DNA of 43,965 nucleotides from Phoronis australis (lineage: Eukaryota; Animalia; Phoronida), in assembly GCA_002633005.1 (NCBI GenBank), contig NMRA01000015.1, positions 1,302,346 through 1,346,310 of the forward strand, written 5' to 3'. Numbering within the stretch: the first letter of the stretch is position 1; every line of letters starts with the position of its first letter. A program made the translations under genes and the position numbers. Shown in pieces: positions 34,401-43,965 of the stretch. The notes under the pieces are model-generated. The model was not told the DNA's origin. It made no database searches and saw nothing but the letters and a program-made list of their open reading frames with translations.

Positions 34401-37189
34401 GCAGCCCACACGTCAACTTACCAGCAGTCGTCAACTCAGTTCTGTCAGAAGCACCATGGGTGACCATATGACTGTCCGGCGATGCATCTACTTTAGTCGG
34501 CAATGTAGGCCTTGGTGATGACATTTCAATGACAGTGGTAACAACGACCGTATCATTTGATTGGCTGGTGGTATATAGGTCTGAAAAAAGTTTCGTCGCA
34601 TTTGGTGACCGTATTTGCAAACTCCATTCAAAGAACATCCAACCAAAGAATACACACGCACAGTTTTTAAGGTGCATAAGTTGCTTCATTTCACAATGAA
34701 TAGTTAAGGTATAAAGCAACTGATTAAAATTACCTGCTTGTACCAACCAAATCCACAGAAGTGGTGGTGTGCTGTTTCAATTTAATTTGGTTGGGATTAG
34801 CATATTTGTCTCTCTATTATAACGAACAGTATGAGACAGTTATGCTAGTACACAACAACTACTCAGTGGTTGTCGAGTGTACGTGTTTACATCTACTTGT
34901 AACCAATTAAACGTTGACTGTATCGTGACCAAAGAATGCGATTCATGAAGCACAAATGGCACACAGCATTAATGCTCTGCTAGTGTCACGCTATATGATG
35001 GACATTTTCGACCATCGAATGACAGCACTTGATTGACTTCCCCAATCAGCTGTCTTAAGTACGGTCCACCCACAGACTTACCTTAGAACAGGTTACACTT
35101 GGAACGAGTTGTCGCTAGGTTTGGGGACTGTGTCGACGCTTTTTAAACTAATGCGCCTTACCCCACTCGTGACAACTTATTACTGCACCTTATCGAGGCA
35201 GGGCAACTTGTTCTAGCCTTACTGGTACCGCTTCTAATCGCTGTGTGGCCACAAATATGGGGCAAGGCGGAAGTACCTAATCAACTGCGGTTACATACAG
35301 ACGGGCCTTCTTTTGCTCCCCTAAGTCGCATTAGCTGTTCATTATCACGCTCAGAGTGACAACTTCCACCTTTGTCAGTTACCAGAAATGTCTGTGTGGA
35401 CGCTCCACTTAAAAGTGGAGTAAGATGCACAAGTGCAAGTTGTTCTAGATTGTGTGTGGACGGGACTTTAGCAGGTTGAGCCGGCAGAACAGATCAACAC
35501 AATCGAGACAACTTCCGGTCAATTATACCTGGGGATTGTCTCGTACTGGATGAGATTGCCTCCTTATATGTGTCTTGAGACGTGTCGGGCACTGATGAAA
35601 ATGCTGTGGTTGTCCGCGTCTCCTCGGTAGTGGTTGGTTTGACAGGATCTATAAACGATTGAAATTAGCAACATACAACGTTATTCATCCTTTTGGACAA
35701 CAAACTGAGTGTGACGTATGCAGACCTTCATGATAAAGTATTGAAAAAATAATTGAATTTTTAGAATACTTAAATCCTAATTACATTCATTAGTATTGTG
35801 TGGATACCCCAAGTTCAGGCAAAAGGCTAGTTATAGTTTACATATTTCGAACGATGCAACAGCTCCTGGCATGGTGCTGAAGTGACTTACCGTACTGACA
35901 AATGAACGGATAAAGATAAAAAAAATTGTCGCATGAATGCGCATGCCACTTGTGGCTCACGTCTGTACGTATTTGAACACAGTCGTTGGCATATATCCAG
36001 CTGTCGGCATTCGGTTCACCCTCAGCCCAGTTTGTAAAGCCTCTACCTAGTACTTCGCCTGTAACGAAGACCACAACAATTCATACGGAGTTTTTATTAA
36101 TATGCATCATTTTAACCTTTTTCTTTCCTTAAGTGGGGTTTCGGTCCTATCTACGCCTAAATAGGGAAATTTTGAAATAAAATTCAAACCGTATCCGGTA
36201 GATAAGCCTGTTTGTTGCATGACCTCAAATACATAGTTCGACAAAGCAACGTGACGTGTGATACTGCGAAAACATTGTTTCTATATAGCGTTTGCTTTAT
36301 GCAACCGGACTCTGGTTTTGTTAAACAAACTGGCCTCAAAATTACCTTGCCATTTGTCTTTGCCGTCGTAGTGAATTGAGTGATCACCTCCAATTGATAT
36401 CAATTGACCCATCTTGAAATGGCTGGCTAATTCCAAGAATACCGGACATTCTTTACTCTTACCATGGTAAAGAAAGGTTTCAAATATATTTTGTGTGGCT
36501 GAGTAAGACCTGTTTTATGAAAAATCATTTACTCTCCCACTCCAGTCCAAATTTTTGCAGTTGAATTCTTAGTACATAACAGTGTAGCAATAACAATTAA
36601 TTATGAAATGTCTGATTAATTAGCAAATTTAGGGAATATTAGCAGACACTTTGCACTTTGATATGTGGACATTAGATATTTGTTCGGAAGCAGTTTAGTG
36701 GATAGTTAGATGAAATTTCTGACACTTTTCCTGAAACCGACCCTTGCTTTATGATTTACGTTTTAAAAATACATATCAGTGATATCAATCAGTGATATCA
36801 AAATCATTTGTCAATGTCCAACATTATATCAATCGCGTCCCAGCACTTACCATCAGACCACTCCCATCGCCCCTCTGTGTTTTTGTCGCTGAGACCAATC
36901 CATACACTTTCTTCGTGCAAACCCAAATCCTCCAAAATTTGTTCTATAAACTGTTGTGTGGCAATATCGCGAATCACAACCAAATATCCTCCGCTGCTTT
37001 CACACCTTTCCTCCGCAGCGACCCACGTTATTCTCTGAGATACAAATTCGTAACAAGTTGCATTTCGGATCCAAGAAGTATTGCTACTGCTTATCTGACG
37101 ACAAACTGAGTGATCAATTGTAGTCAGAGTCTGCTCCTGTCTTGTTGAATTATCTATTAGTGTTGATAACGTCGGTGAGTAAATCGGCG
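25357..37189 (-). CDS. Multi-exon gene (span): type I membrane receptor with 3 C-type lectin domains, mucin-like stalks, TM and NPxY tail; about 831 aa excluding the first exon
   Basis: Twelve hand-spliced exons, all with AG/GT boundaries, join into one open frame (2495 nt): 37189-36851, 36058-35891, 35648-35529, 34580-34422, 33421-33143, 32975-32814, 30966-30583, 30401-30138, 29977-29807, 28815-28519, 26175-26091, 25423-25357. There is no transcript support, and further exons cannot be excluded. Confidence 0.85.
26091..26175 (-). CDS. Lectin gene exon: transmembrane helix
   Basis: Boundaries ttttgaatag| and |gtaaga; 85 nt, phase 1-2. Encodes DETVGLIVGSVIGGLVLILLVIAIVVFV(R). Confidence 0.85.
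27265..27403 (-). mobile_element. Second, inverted and more diverged copy of the 150-bp MITE (intronic)
   Basis: Reverse-complement similarity to 15974-16124 (GCTAAAAAGCAAGACTTCG...ATGAGAACACGTGACT...TAGGTCCTAGCGT). CTG occurs at 27262-27264 and 27404-27406. Confidence 0.72.
27725..27964 (+). mobile_element. MITE family C, copy 3 (intronic)
   Basis: CATGGGCGCACCCAAG...CTGGGTGCGCGCATG; TSD TTTTT. Three Ns lie within the G/C run. Confidence 0.85.
28519..28815 (-). CDS. Lectin gene exon: membrane-proximal mucin stalk
   Basis: Boundaries atttcag| and |gtagat; 297 nt, phase 1-1. Encodes AAAQKSLTTLSS...EELTKTTTP, the T/S-rich core of track ORF 28376..29068. Confidence 0.78.
29807..29977 (-). CDS. 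Lectin gene exon: C-half of CTLD3 (EPN, WHD)
   Basis: Boundaries atttag| and |gtatgt; 171 nt. Encodes FTNWAAGEPNDHLWSEDCVQMVPSDNFLWHDYPC...SICQY. Confidence 0.9.
30138..30401 (-). CDS. Lectin gene exon: N-half of CTLD3
   Basis: Boundaries tgtccag| and |gtacgt; 264 nt. Encodes ECNG...TCYEFMHTEKTWVAAETGCLNNGGHLVAISD...VWIGLNDRTTEEVWKWSS. Confidence 0.9.
30583..30966 (-). CDS. Lectin gene exon: mucin-like stalk (128 codons)
   Basis: Boundaries tttcag| and |gtaagt; 384 nt, phase 1-1. Strongly T/S/E-rich (STTESVAFSTHETVTSPSTASITTTSAPPSTET...). Confidence 0.85.
31128..32203. mobile_element. Non-autonomous DNA element A, copy 2 (Kolobok-like ends), spans the N gap
   Basis: TIR AGTCCTTCT / AGAAGGACT, flanked by CTAA and TTAA. 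AG...CT termini with a TTAA target are typical of Kolobok, but the family call is an inference. Confidence 0.62.
31359..31600. other. Assembly gap (242 N)
   Basis: Run of Ns. Smaller breaks occur at 9253, 19991-20001, 21263, 27749-27751 and 37214. Confidence 0.99.
32814..32975 (-). CDS. Lectin gene exon: C-half of CTLD2 (QPS, WHD)
   Basis: Boundaries tcttag| and |gtaagt; 162 nt. Encodes FSNWASGQPSGGWFEEDCAQIRLDDNYKWHDYNC...FICQY. Confidence 0.9.
33143..33421 (-). CDS. Lectin gene exon: N-half of CTLD2
   Basis: Boundaries ttttcag| and |gtaacg; 279 nt. Encodes VCPQ...VCYEF...WESAENFCSRNGGHLVAIRD...IWIGLRDHNTEGTWEWST. Confidence 0.9.
33533..33774 (-). mobile_element. MITE family C, copy 4 (inverted, intronic)
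   Basis: TATGCGCGCACCCAG...CTGGGTGTGCACATG; TSD CCAAC. Confidence 0.85.
33780..34400. repeat. Old C/A-rich degenerate tandem repeat in a lectin-gene intron
   Basis: The motifs ATCAACGTCT(A)C and GATCAGCACATCCA recur, with strong strand skew. Confidence 0.55.
34422..34580 (-). CDS. Lectin gene exon: Ser/Thr-rich linker
   Basis: Boundaries ttttcag| and |gtaagt; 159 nt, phase 1-1. Encodes DLYTTSQSNDTVVVTTVIEMSSPRPTLPT...RTELTTA. Confidence 0.78.
35058..35467. mobile_element. 410-bp MITE with TTA TSD (PIF/Harbinger-like), intronic
   Basis: Imperfect TIR AGTACGGTCCACCCACA / TGTGTGTGGACGGGACT; TTA at 35055-35057 and 35468-35470. Confidence 0.68.
35529..35648 (-). CDS. Lectin gene exon: Ser/Thr-rich linker
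   Basis: Boundaries tttatag| and |gtataa; 120 nt, phase 1-1. Encodes DPVKPTTTEETRTTTAFSSVPDTSQDTYKEAISSSTRQSP. Confidence 0.7.
35891..36058 (-). CDS. Lectin gene exon: C-half of CTLD1 (EPN, WHA)
   Basis: Boundaries ttacag| and |gtaagt; 168 nt. Encodes FTNWAEGEPNADSWIYANDCVQIRTDVSHKWHAHSC...FICQY. Confidence 0.9.
36851..37189 (-). CDS. Lectin gene exon: short S/T linker + N-half of CTLD1
   Basis: Boundaries ttttcag| and |gtaagt; 339 nt. Encodes VCRQ...TCYEFVSQRITWVAAEERCESSGGYLVVIRD...VWIGLSDKNTEGRWEWSD. This exon is absent from the ORF track. Confidence 0.9.
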
Positions 37190-37699
37190 CTGAAAAGAAT
37201 AATACAACCTCTGNAAATGCATTTGTTTATTAAGTGAATGCATTTGTAAAAACATATAGTGGGCTATTGTACGGTCAGGCGTTTTTATTGCAAACATTCA
37301 GGTGGGAGATACAAACGTTACCACGTGACACAGAACATTTACCATTAAGCAAAACTATCATGCACACTACACCGCACATAGCAAAAACTCTTGCCTGACA
37401 AAAAGTTCACCATGGAACTTGTTCATGGTACTTACCACGAAAAAACAGAGCAGTGTGCCAAATGGTCGCCAGAGGCTGCTCTCCTGCAGTCTGTATTTCA
37501 ACTTCAATGGTTTTATTAATTTGTATGTAGCAACGTTATTGTCTAACACAGAGATATATGCATCACAATTGGTTTTGGATTAAAATTATAAATTTTTCCA
37601 AGTTGTAGACCCAAATCGGTGCGACCAGTTACGGATTATCCCTCAAACTATATAAGCTATAAATGAGGACTCCGCACAAACTAGGCCCTCGTCTTGCCA

Positions 37700-38020
37700 T
37701 CACAGGAAAATTGTGGCGCCCGGAGGTGTAGCAGGTGGGAAATTATGGGATCCGAGTCACTGAAAATTTTGTTGGCCAAGGATTGCAGTTGCAAAAATTG
37801 TGGCGACCGGGCCGGGGGGCGATTAATGGTGATGACCAGTGAGTGAGGCTATGGTTGCTCGAATTTAGCACCAACCGGGGGAAGATGGCTCGTAATTAAT
37901 AGCGACCAGTGATGCAGCATCGAAAATTGAAAACTTTATTGACTGGGGTTGCTCAAAGGTTGCGAAGACCGAAGTAGCTCAAATGTTGCGGTGACCGGTG
38001 GCATACTGTGGCGATCTGGG
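37700..38020. repeat. Degenerate G-rich minisatellite
   Basis: AAAATTGTGGCG(A/C)CCGG-like units recur roughly every 30-40 bp. Confidence 0.5.
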
Positions 38021-39702
38021 ACCCAGACACAAAGAAACTAAATCACATTATTTCAGTCACTTTTAGTGCCCTAATCATTGTCTGTGCCTATATGAGGCAG
38101 GATTTTGGGTTCCCGGTCCGTGGCAAAGGGGTGTCCCGTGATTAAGGCTTTATTTCCCACGAAATGATACAAGGGGGATATTGGTATTACAAACACAAAA
38201 CCCTTTGCATTGCACAACATATCTAGGGGTGTCAGTGTAAATTTGCTTCGATTTTTTCTTTTTATGAAACAAATAGTAAAACCCTGCTATTAAGCATTTT
38301 TGTTTAGTTACAAACTCCTGATATTTATAAACTTGTCATTTAACTAAAGAGCAATCTATTTATAAAGACCTTTTGAGTTAAAAATAACAAATAGCAGGTC
38401 TTAGAACTACAAACTTGGCACGCCTTGAGACCCTAATCATTCATATTGCTGGAGGTTTTGTAATTTGTCGCTTTTATTATCAACTTGTTGATACCTGGTT
38501 GATTAAACTGTCCCAAAAATAAGGAAAGTCTGGTCTTAATGCACTTCTAAATCGGAGGATACAGATTTTCATAAAAGTGTCTTATAACAACCAGCATTCA
38601 CCTCGTACACCAATTCTGAAAGCAGTATGCGCCATTTCTGTGGACTCTTAAAGGTTTACTCACATTTCCGATCTGATGTGCACTTTAAGTGACCAACTGC
38701 TCCTAAAAAGATGGCCTATTTAGTGATTGGGGAAAACTTGTTTTCATGAGAAATATCAAATGCTCATTGAGTGTGTTTTATAATCTTTGTTGTTCAAATG
38801 AGATAAAATCCTTGAATGGCAACTTACTGGGTTCCGGAAATCACCACACCGTCAACAGGGTTGGAGTATAATTTTCTGGAGAACGCATTGCTCATCGATA
38901 CCTCAATGCCAGATCAATATTTAAAAATCACTGAAGCTTTTAGGTCAGTATGTCCAAGTATTCAAGAAGCAGTTACACATTAAAACTTTTTATCGTAACG
39001 TTAGAACGAATTCATAAAGAAGTCGATGCCCTAAGAACACGACAGGGAAGGAACGCGATGGCTCAAATGCAATCCCTAGCGAAACAAATGTGTGACTGAT
39101 GTAAGTGTACATTTCGCAGGAAATTAGACGCCCAAAGAACGTTTTAAACTTTTGAAGTAGACATAATAAATGTGATATTCGTCTCTTTCAAAACACTGAA
39201 CATTTGCTTCCACTAAAAAATTAAACAATATTCCTTGCACGTTTTCATTTGACAGAAATGGGCGAAACCTTTTATGGGTGCACATATTCTAAAATTCATG
39301 AAAGTTATAATTTTTAAGATAAAATTTTTCAATGATAAGAAATGAAAGAAGAGTTCTTATATCGTTTAAGGCATTTCCATGCGCTCAGTCACAGTTCTTG
39401 CCTATGCAAACAAGAGTGTCACTATTTTTGGAGCACCCTGTACGCCACCGTTTGCGCATATATCCGTTCTTAGGCCTATAAACGCATCCTCCAATATATA
39501 AGAAATACTTGCGTAAAACTTCCGACTATGTTTTCTGGTCCTAGGCAAATCCCAAGACCTAATTTCTACACTTTTATGTCAGTGAAACTTGACTTACACG
39601 TTGAAAAATTACATGCCTTTATATAAACATGTACTAAGAATAGATAAAACGCAAATGAATAGCTTCCAAATTATGACATGCTCATATACAAAAGATACCC
39701 AC

Positions 39703-39785
39703 CTTTACCTAGACGTGAAACAAATGTACATGCGATCATAAGCGAAAGACCAAAAGAAAATAAGATTCTGTCAAAAATGCATCAT
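39703..39785 (-). CDS. Tentative first (signal peptide) exon of the lectin gene
   Basis: The hydrophobic frame FDRILFSFGLSLMIACTFVSRLG(K) ends at phase-1 donors (G|GTAAAG at 39709 or G|GTGGGT at 39703), matching the phase-1 acceptor at 37189. There is an in-frame ATG at 39739. Using the upstream ATGs (39785/39782) requires one base fewer in the A5 run at 39773-39777. Confidence 0.35.
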
Positions 39786-42371
39786 TTCGAATTCTAGGCA
39801 CATGTGTGATAGGCATTGTATTGTGTCGTCCTCTTTTCCTTCCCATGACAAGCAACAGTCTAGTTTCTAGAATAGACAACCCAAATCCAATCTCTTAGGT
39901 CTCGTAATTTGTCGTAAAAATGACGTAAAGTGTCACAATAACGAAGACCGTTTCTCCCAATATGGTCACTAGACTAGCTCCTAGCACGGTCTAGCCGATT
40001 TACTCTTAATCCGTCGTACGAATGGCGTCTAGTAACGTTGATACTGCGCGGTCATGGAAGCACCTCCATGTGGTGTTGCTATACATTGAACAGCGCTTGT
40101 GTCTGTTCGTGGCAGTACTGACGCAAACATAACAGATTGGGAATTTAGGTTCGCCATATGTCCCGTGATGAACACAACCCGTGCGTTGGCGAAGCGAGTG
40201 CCAGAGATACAAACGAGAGTTGGATTGGTGAAAATGGTTACTTATTATAACGTAACAATTCCAATAACTAAAAAATTCAGTCCCTGGAAAGATGGGCACA
40301 GAAACTCCGCCACTGACAACAGATGGCTGAGTCGTGTACTGCTTACAGTATACTTTCAGCCGCTTCTCAAAGAGCTCTTCTACTCCCGAGTAATTGAAAA
40401 ATGATAGCAAAGAACAAACAAACAATGTTTTATATATTCTCTGTAGCCCTTTTAAATAAAAAAGTAAACAATGTAAACAGTTAGGCAACTGGGTTTCCAA
40501 AAAAGGAAGTCAGAAACTTGACCGGAACCCAGCTCATAATTTTCTATTCACACACTGAATTGATCGACGTTATCGAATGTGCGCCACACAAGGCAGATCT
40601 ATTGCCCGATTGTCTGTGCACTACAGATCCATGACCCATATATGTGGGTCTTCGATATGAATTTTTCCCCAAAATAAAAAGATGTCATGCGAACATGGTT
40701 ATATCGAGCTGAAGAAGAGGCTCATGTATCGATGACGTAACAAACTCAGGGTTTCAAAAAGAGCAACCGGTCACTGGATTCAGCCAACTTAAACTGCATA
40801 GAATACATGTATGTAGAGTACTGCAGGTATGGAGCCTTGGAGAGAGTAGATAGCCCAACGCTTCAGTTACCTATATCTTTTAGTCCTCCTGACAAATAAC
40901 ACGTTGCAAATTACTGGCTACAGCTTTGACAAAGTCGCTACATGTCACGAGAGCACTCTGACTTTGAATTCAGTTTTAATGACACAATCCGTTTTATATC
41001 TGAAAGAGTAACGTTTTTGCACCATCTTATAACGGAAGGTTGCTTATCATCTTTGTGCCATTTTGTAGATAAATCAACATCCAAGATTTATTAACTTTAT
41101 TCCTAACCATGAGTTTGGTCTTTCAAGGTCATTGGAAGTAGTCCTAAATAGCGTCTATATGAAGGTCACACATGACTTCCCATGATATTAATTCAAACAT
41201 TAAGACCGACTACAGTCGTGAGTAGAATATATAAAATCTACAAAAAACATAGAGTAAGACCATAAGGACATTTAAAAACGGATTAAAAAATCAGGAGTCT
41301 ATATTTACCCTAAATCCTGATGAGAATTAACGGCTTTCAGCGTGACTCCCTTCAAGTGCAATATTGTCAACTAAAAGCATAGGTGAACATAACCATTGGA
41401 TATGCTGTAATGGCGTAACCACATGTAATACAAGAGTTGTGTGCGTGTTTGGGAAATCCAGTTCTTTATAATGTCAATCACAGACCTGGATCCTTTTAAG
41501 GAACTACAAGTGGCGACTGTACGGAGTGGTTTTCCAAAATATTTTTTTGAAAATTGGGAGCAGGCGTTTAGCAGAACGTAGGTTTCAATCCAGGGAATGC
41601 GTCAAGTATATTCGTCTTCCACTCTACTTGAAGAGTTTATGCCGAGTAATTCTGCTTACTACCGTCCTGTTAGAACTATAACATCCAACTATAGGATGAA
41701 ATTCATGGACACAATAAACAATTAAAGCCCAAAAGCGCTTTAGGAAATTCGGCTGTTTCTATGGTTACAATTCAGTCATTACTGGATTGTCATGAAGGTA
41801 CTTCGTGGCGACACAGATGCATTATATGTTTGATATAATGAACGCAGGTCCATTAAATGTTACAAATTAATATACACCTGTCTTAAAAATAAAAGCACAG
41901 GCGATGTATTGTCTCGGTTTGTTAATAAATGCCATCATTATCAACTACACTTGCATAATTTTTAAAGTGAGAAGTTGAATTGATGAAGATGTCTTGGCAG
42001 AGGTTCGACTCTTATAACTCTCACAGTAAAGGGTCGTGTCTACAGTAGATCCAAGTCCCACTACTTTCCTTGTTATCTGTTTGGAGCTGTTAGCATTATA
42101 GGAACTGAATTTATGTGTACACAAGGGCATATATGACGGTGTGCTCGAGTGCTGCAACAGTCAATCAACGGCGAGAACACTCACACATGACCTTGTATCC
42201 GTGTATGTTGGACCAGGTGAACAGGGAAGGTATACGGTACCTGATAACAAACATATGGTCAAGAGTGGAACGCAGTTAACTAGCTCGAGACCTCTTCTCC
42301 TTCGTTGCGTAGCCATTTGTGTCCATGCATTTGCTGTCTCTCCTAAAACAGATAGTATTGTATGTTTAGCA

Positions 42372-42607
42372 AATAACACCTACATTGGAGAAACCAAGAG
42401 ACCGTTCCTTACCAGATTCGAAGAACATCTGAAACTAGACAGACCAACAGCCGTGGGGGAACATATTTTGGCGACTGGGCATACCATCTCTCTTGCGTCA
42501 TCCAGGATCCTAACCTAGCTCAAAGAGGCCATAAACATCAGCAGTCAGCGCCCCCTCTTAAACCGGGACAGAGGACTCCACTTACCCCCGTGTACTCCAG
42601 CATTCTT
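42372..42607 (+). mobile_element. Penelope-like element GIY-YIG endonuclease 3' fragment
   Basis: Reads TYIGETKRPFLTRFEEHLKLDRPTAVGEHILATGHTI...IL*LKEAINI...PLLNRDRGLHLP, the typical C-terminus of Penelope-like elements, with an in-frame stop. Confidence 0.85.
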
Positions 42608-43965
42608 AACGAGCGAAAGGCGGGGAATCCCTCATTCATCGACAAAGACCTGCCAACAACCAACCACGTCTCTAAGTAAGTGACCATTTTATATACTACA
42701 ATGCCTCTAGAGACCAATGACGAACCTATTCTCCAACAAATAATGTGTATAGTGGAAACGCGTGCGCGTCGTTATACCATCGCCCTGGCGACATGACTTC
42801 CCAAGAAAGTATATCGAGTGATCGGGCATTACCAGCAATATTGAAACCGTGAATTGCGCATGCGCGAAAATCACTCAGTTAGCCCCCTTCAGAATACATG
42901 GGATTCGCAGAAAACACAGCGTGAGGGTCTTATTTATGAATCAATCACATTTGCCGATAGCACATAACATAGATAAGTATTTTGTTAAAAACGTGGCCAA
43001 GTTTCAACAAAATTGGAAAAAATTTTATGTTTAACATGGTATGGCCAAAGTTTTGGCTTATTTCGTCGCTTCGATCAGTGGAATCGCCGCTAAAAACCCG
43101 AAAGTGCATGTGAGAAAACGATAATTTTCGACCAAGCCTTTCATGTGCGGTTAGTTGCCGATAGACCCAACAGATGTCAGTATAATCAAGATTGAAATGT
43201 AGAATTTTGAAGAAAATTAGACAAAATTTTGTATTTAACATGGGGTCGCCGAAAATTGCCAATTTTGGCCTTTTGATATCAGTTTATCGTCATAGACTAT
43301 CATTAGTGGGTCTAGTTAATTCGAAGTTTTTGGTTAAATCACTGATAATATTCACACCAGTATACTAATAAACGTTTTCTCTATATATAACAGTTTGATT
43401 CCAATGCTTAAGTAGGGCGTACAACAGGGATTGGCCCTTGACCGGCCCAGCCCATAGTATATGGGAGCTAAGAATTCAGCTCTAGGCCAAAGTAGCTATG
43501 TGCATAAAACTCGATCAGTCACCTAAGGTGTTTACGATCCACTTCAGAGAAAAAAAAAATCGTTGTACCTAACAATAATTTGTTTCCGAGTACTTCGGGC
43601 ATGGTTTAAAATTGAAAGGGGTCATTACAAGTTGAATTTATGAGAATTGTATTGTTGCATTACGAACTGAAAACTAGTCGATTGACGGGTAGTGCGAGAT
43701 AAGGCAACGAGTAAGGACAGCTTTGATTTGCTTACGAGTAGTGACTCATGATATTGGCCAGACATCTGTAATGCTATGTTTTGTCTTTCCTTTTCAACGG
43801 AATATATTTGAACTTTGGTAATTTTGGGCTACAAAATGTAGAACCTTCCTGGGTGCTTCTCTCCAGTAGACACGCGGAGAGTGAAGCGCAAACTTGTCCA
43901 TAAGCGATGACCTAGTTTACGCAGAGAACCTGGCGGATGACCTAGTTTACGAATTGCTGGTAATG

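Noticed and set aside
35082-35150. Extra exon ending at a strong GTAAGT donor (minus strand)
   Set aside because: It lies inside the TTA-flanked MITE and is not needed for the reading frame.
38828-38930. Possible exon between the signal exon and CTLD1
   Set aside because: A donor is present, but the phase-1 frame contains a TGA just upstream of it.
40006-40500. Overlapping 164-aa and 101-aa ORFs
   Set aside because: No recognisable domain or exon chain; unsupported without a homology search.
43906-43951. 16-bp direct repeat GATGACCTAGTTTACG x2
   Set aside because: Only two copies at the window edge, which cannot be interpreted.

Overview
This is animal (probably marine invertebrate) nuclear DNA from a gapped draft assembly. 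It is AT-rich, has GT-AG introns and is dense in transposon relics; there are no prokaryotic features. Two convergent genes encoding cell-surface receptors are supported. (1) An intronless 932-aa type I membrane protein (5593-8391, +) with about 26-27 LRRs, an LRRCT, one Ig-like domain, a TM helix and a 14-aa tail. (2) A minus-strand gene of at least 12 exons (37189 to 25357, plus a tentative signal-peptide exon near 39.7 kb), which the ORF track shows only in fragments and which I spliced by hand. It encodes three six-cysteine C-type lectin domains (EPN, QPS, EPN motifs) separated by Ser/Thr mucin stalks, a TM helix and a 22-aa tail with a YxNPxY motif; all ectodomain exons are phase 1-1. The remainder is layered mobile DNA: a solo LTR whose empty site is also in the window, four CATG-ended MITEs with 5-bp TSDs, Harbinger-like and Kolobok-like non-autonomous elements, L1/Tx1, Penelope and THAP relics, a tRNA-derived SINE and minisatellites. 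I cannot claim a new biological system. The best candidate for something undescribed is the modular triple-lectin/mucin endocytic receptor.
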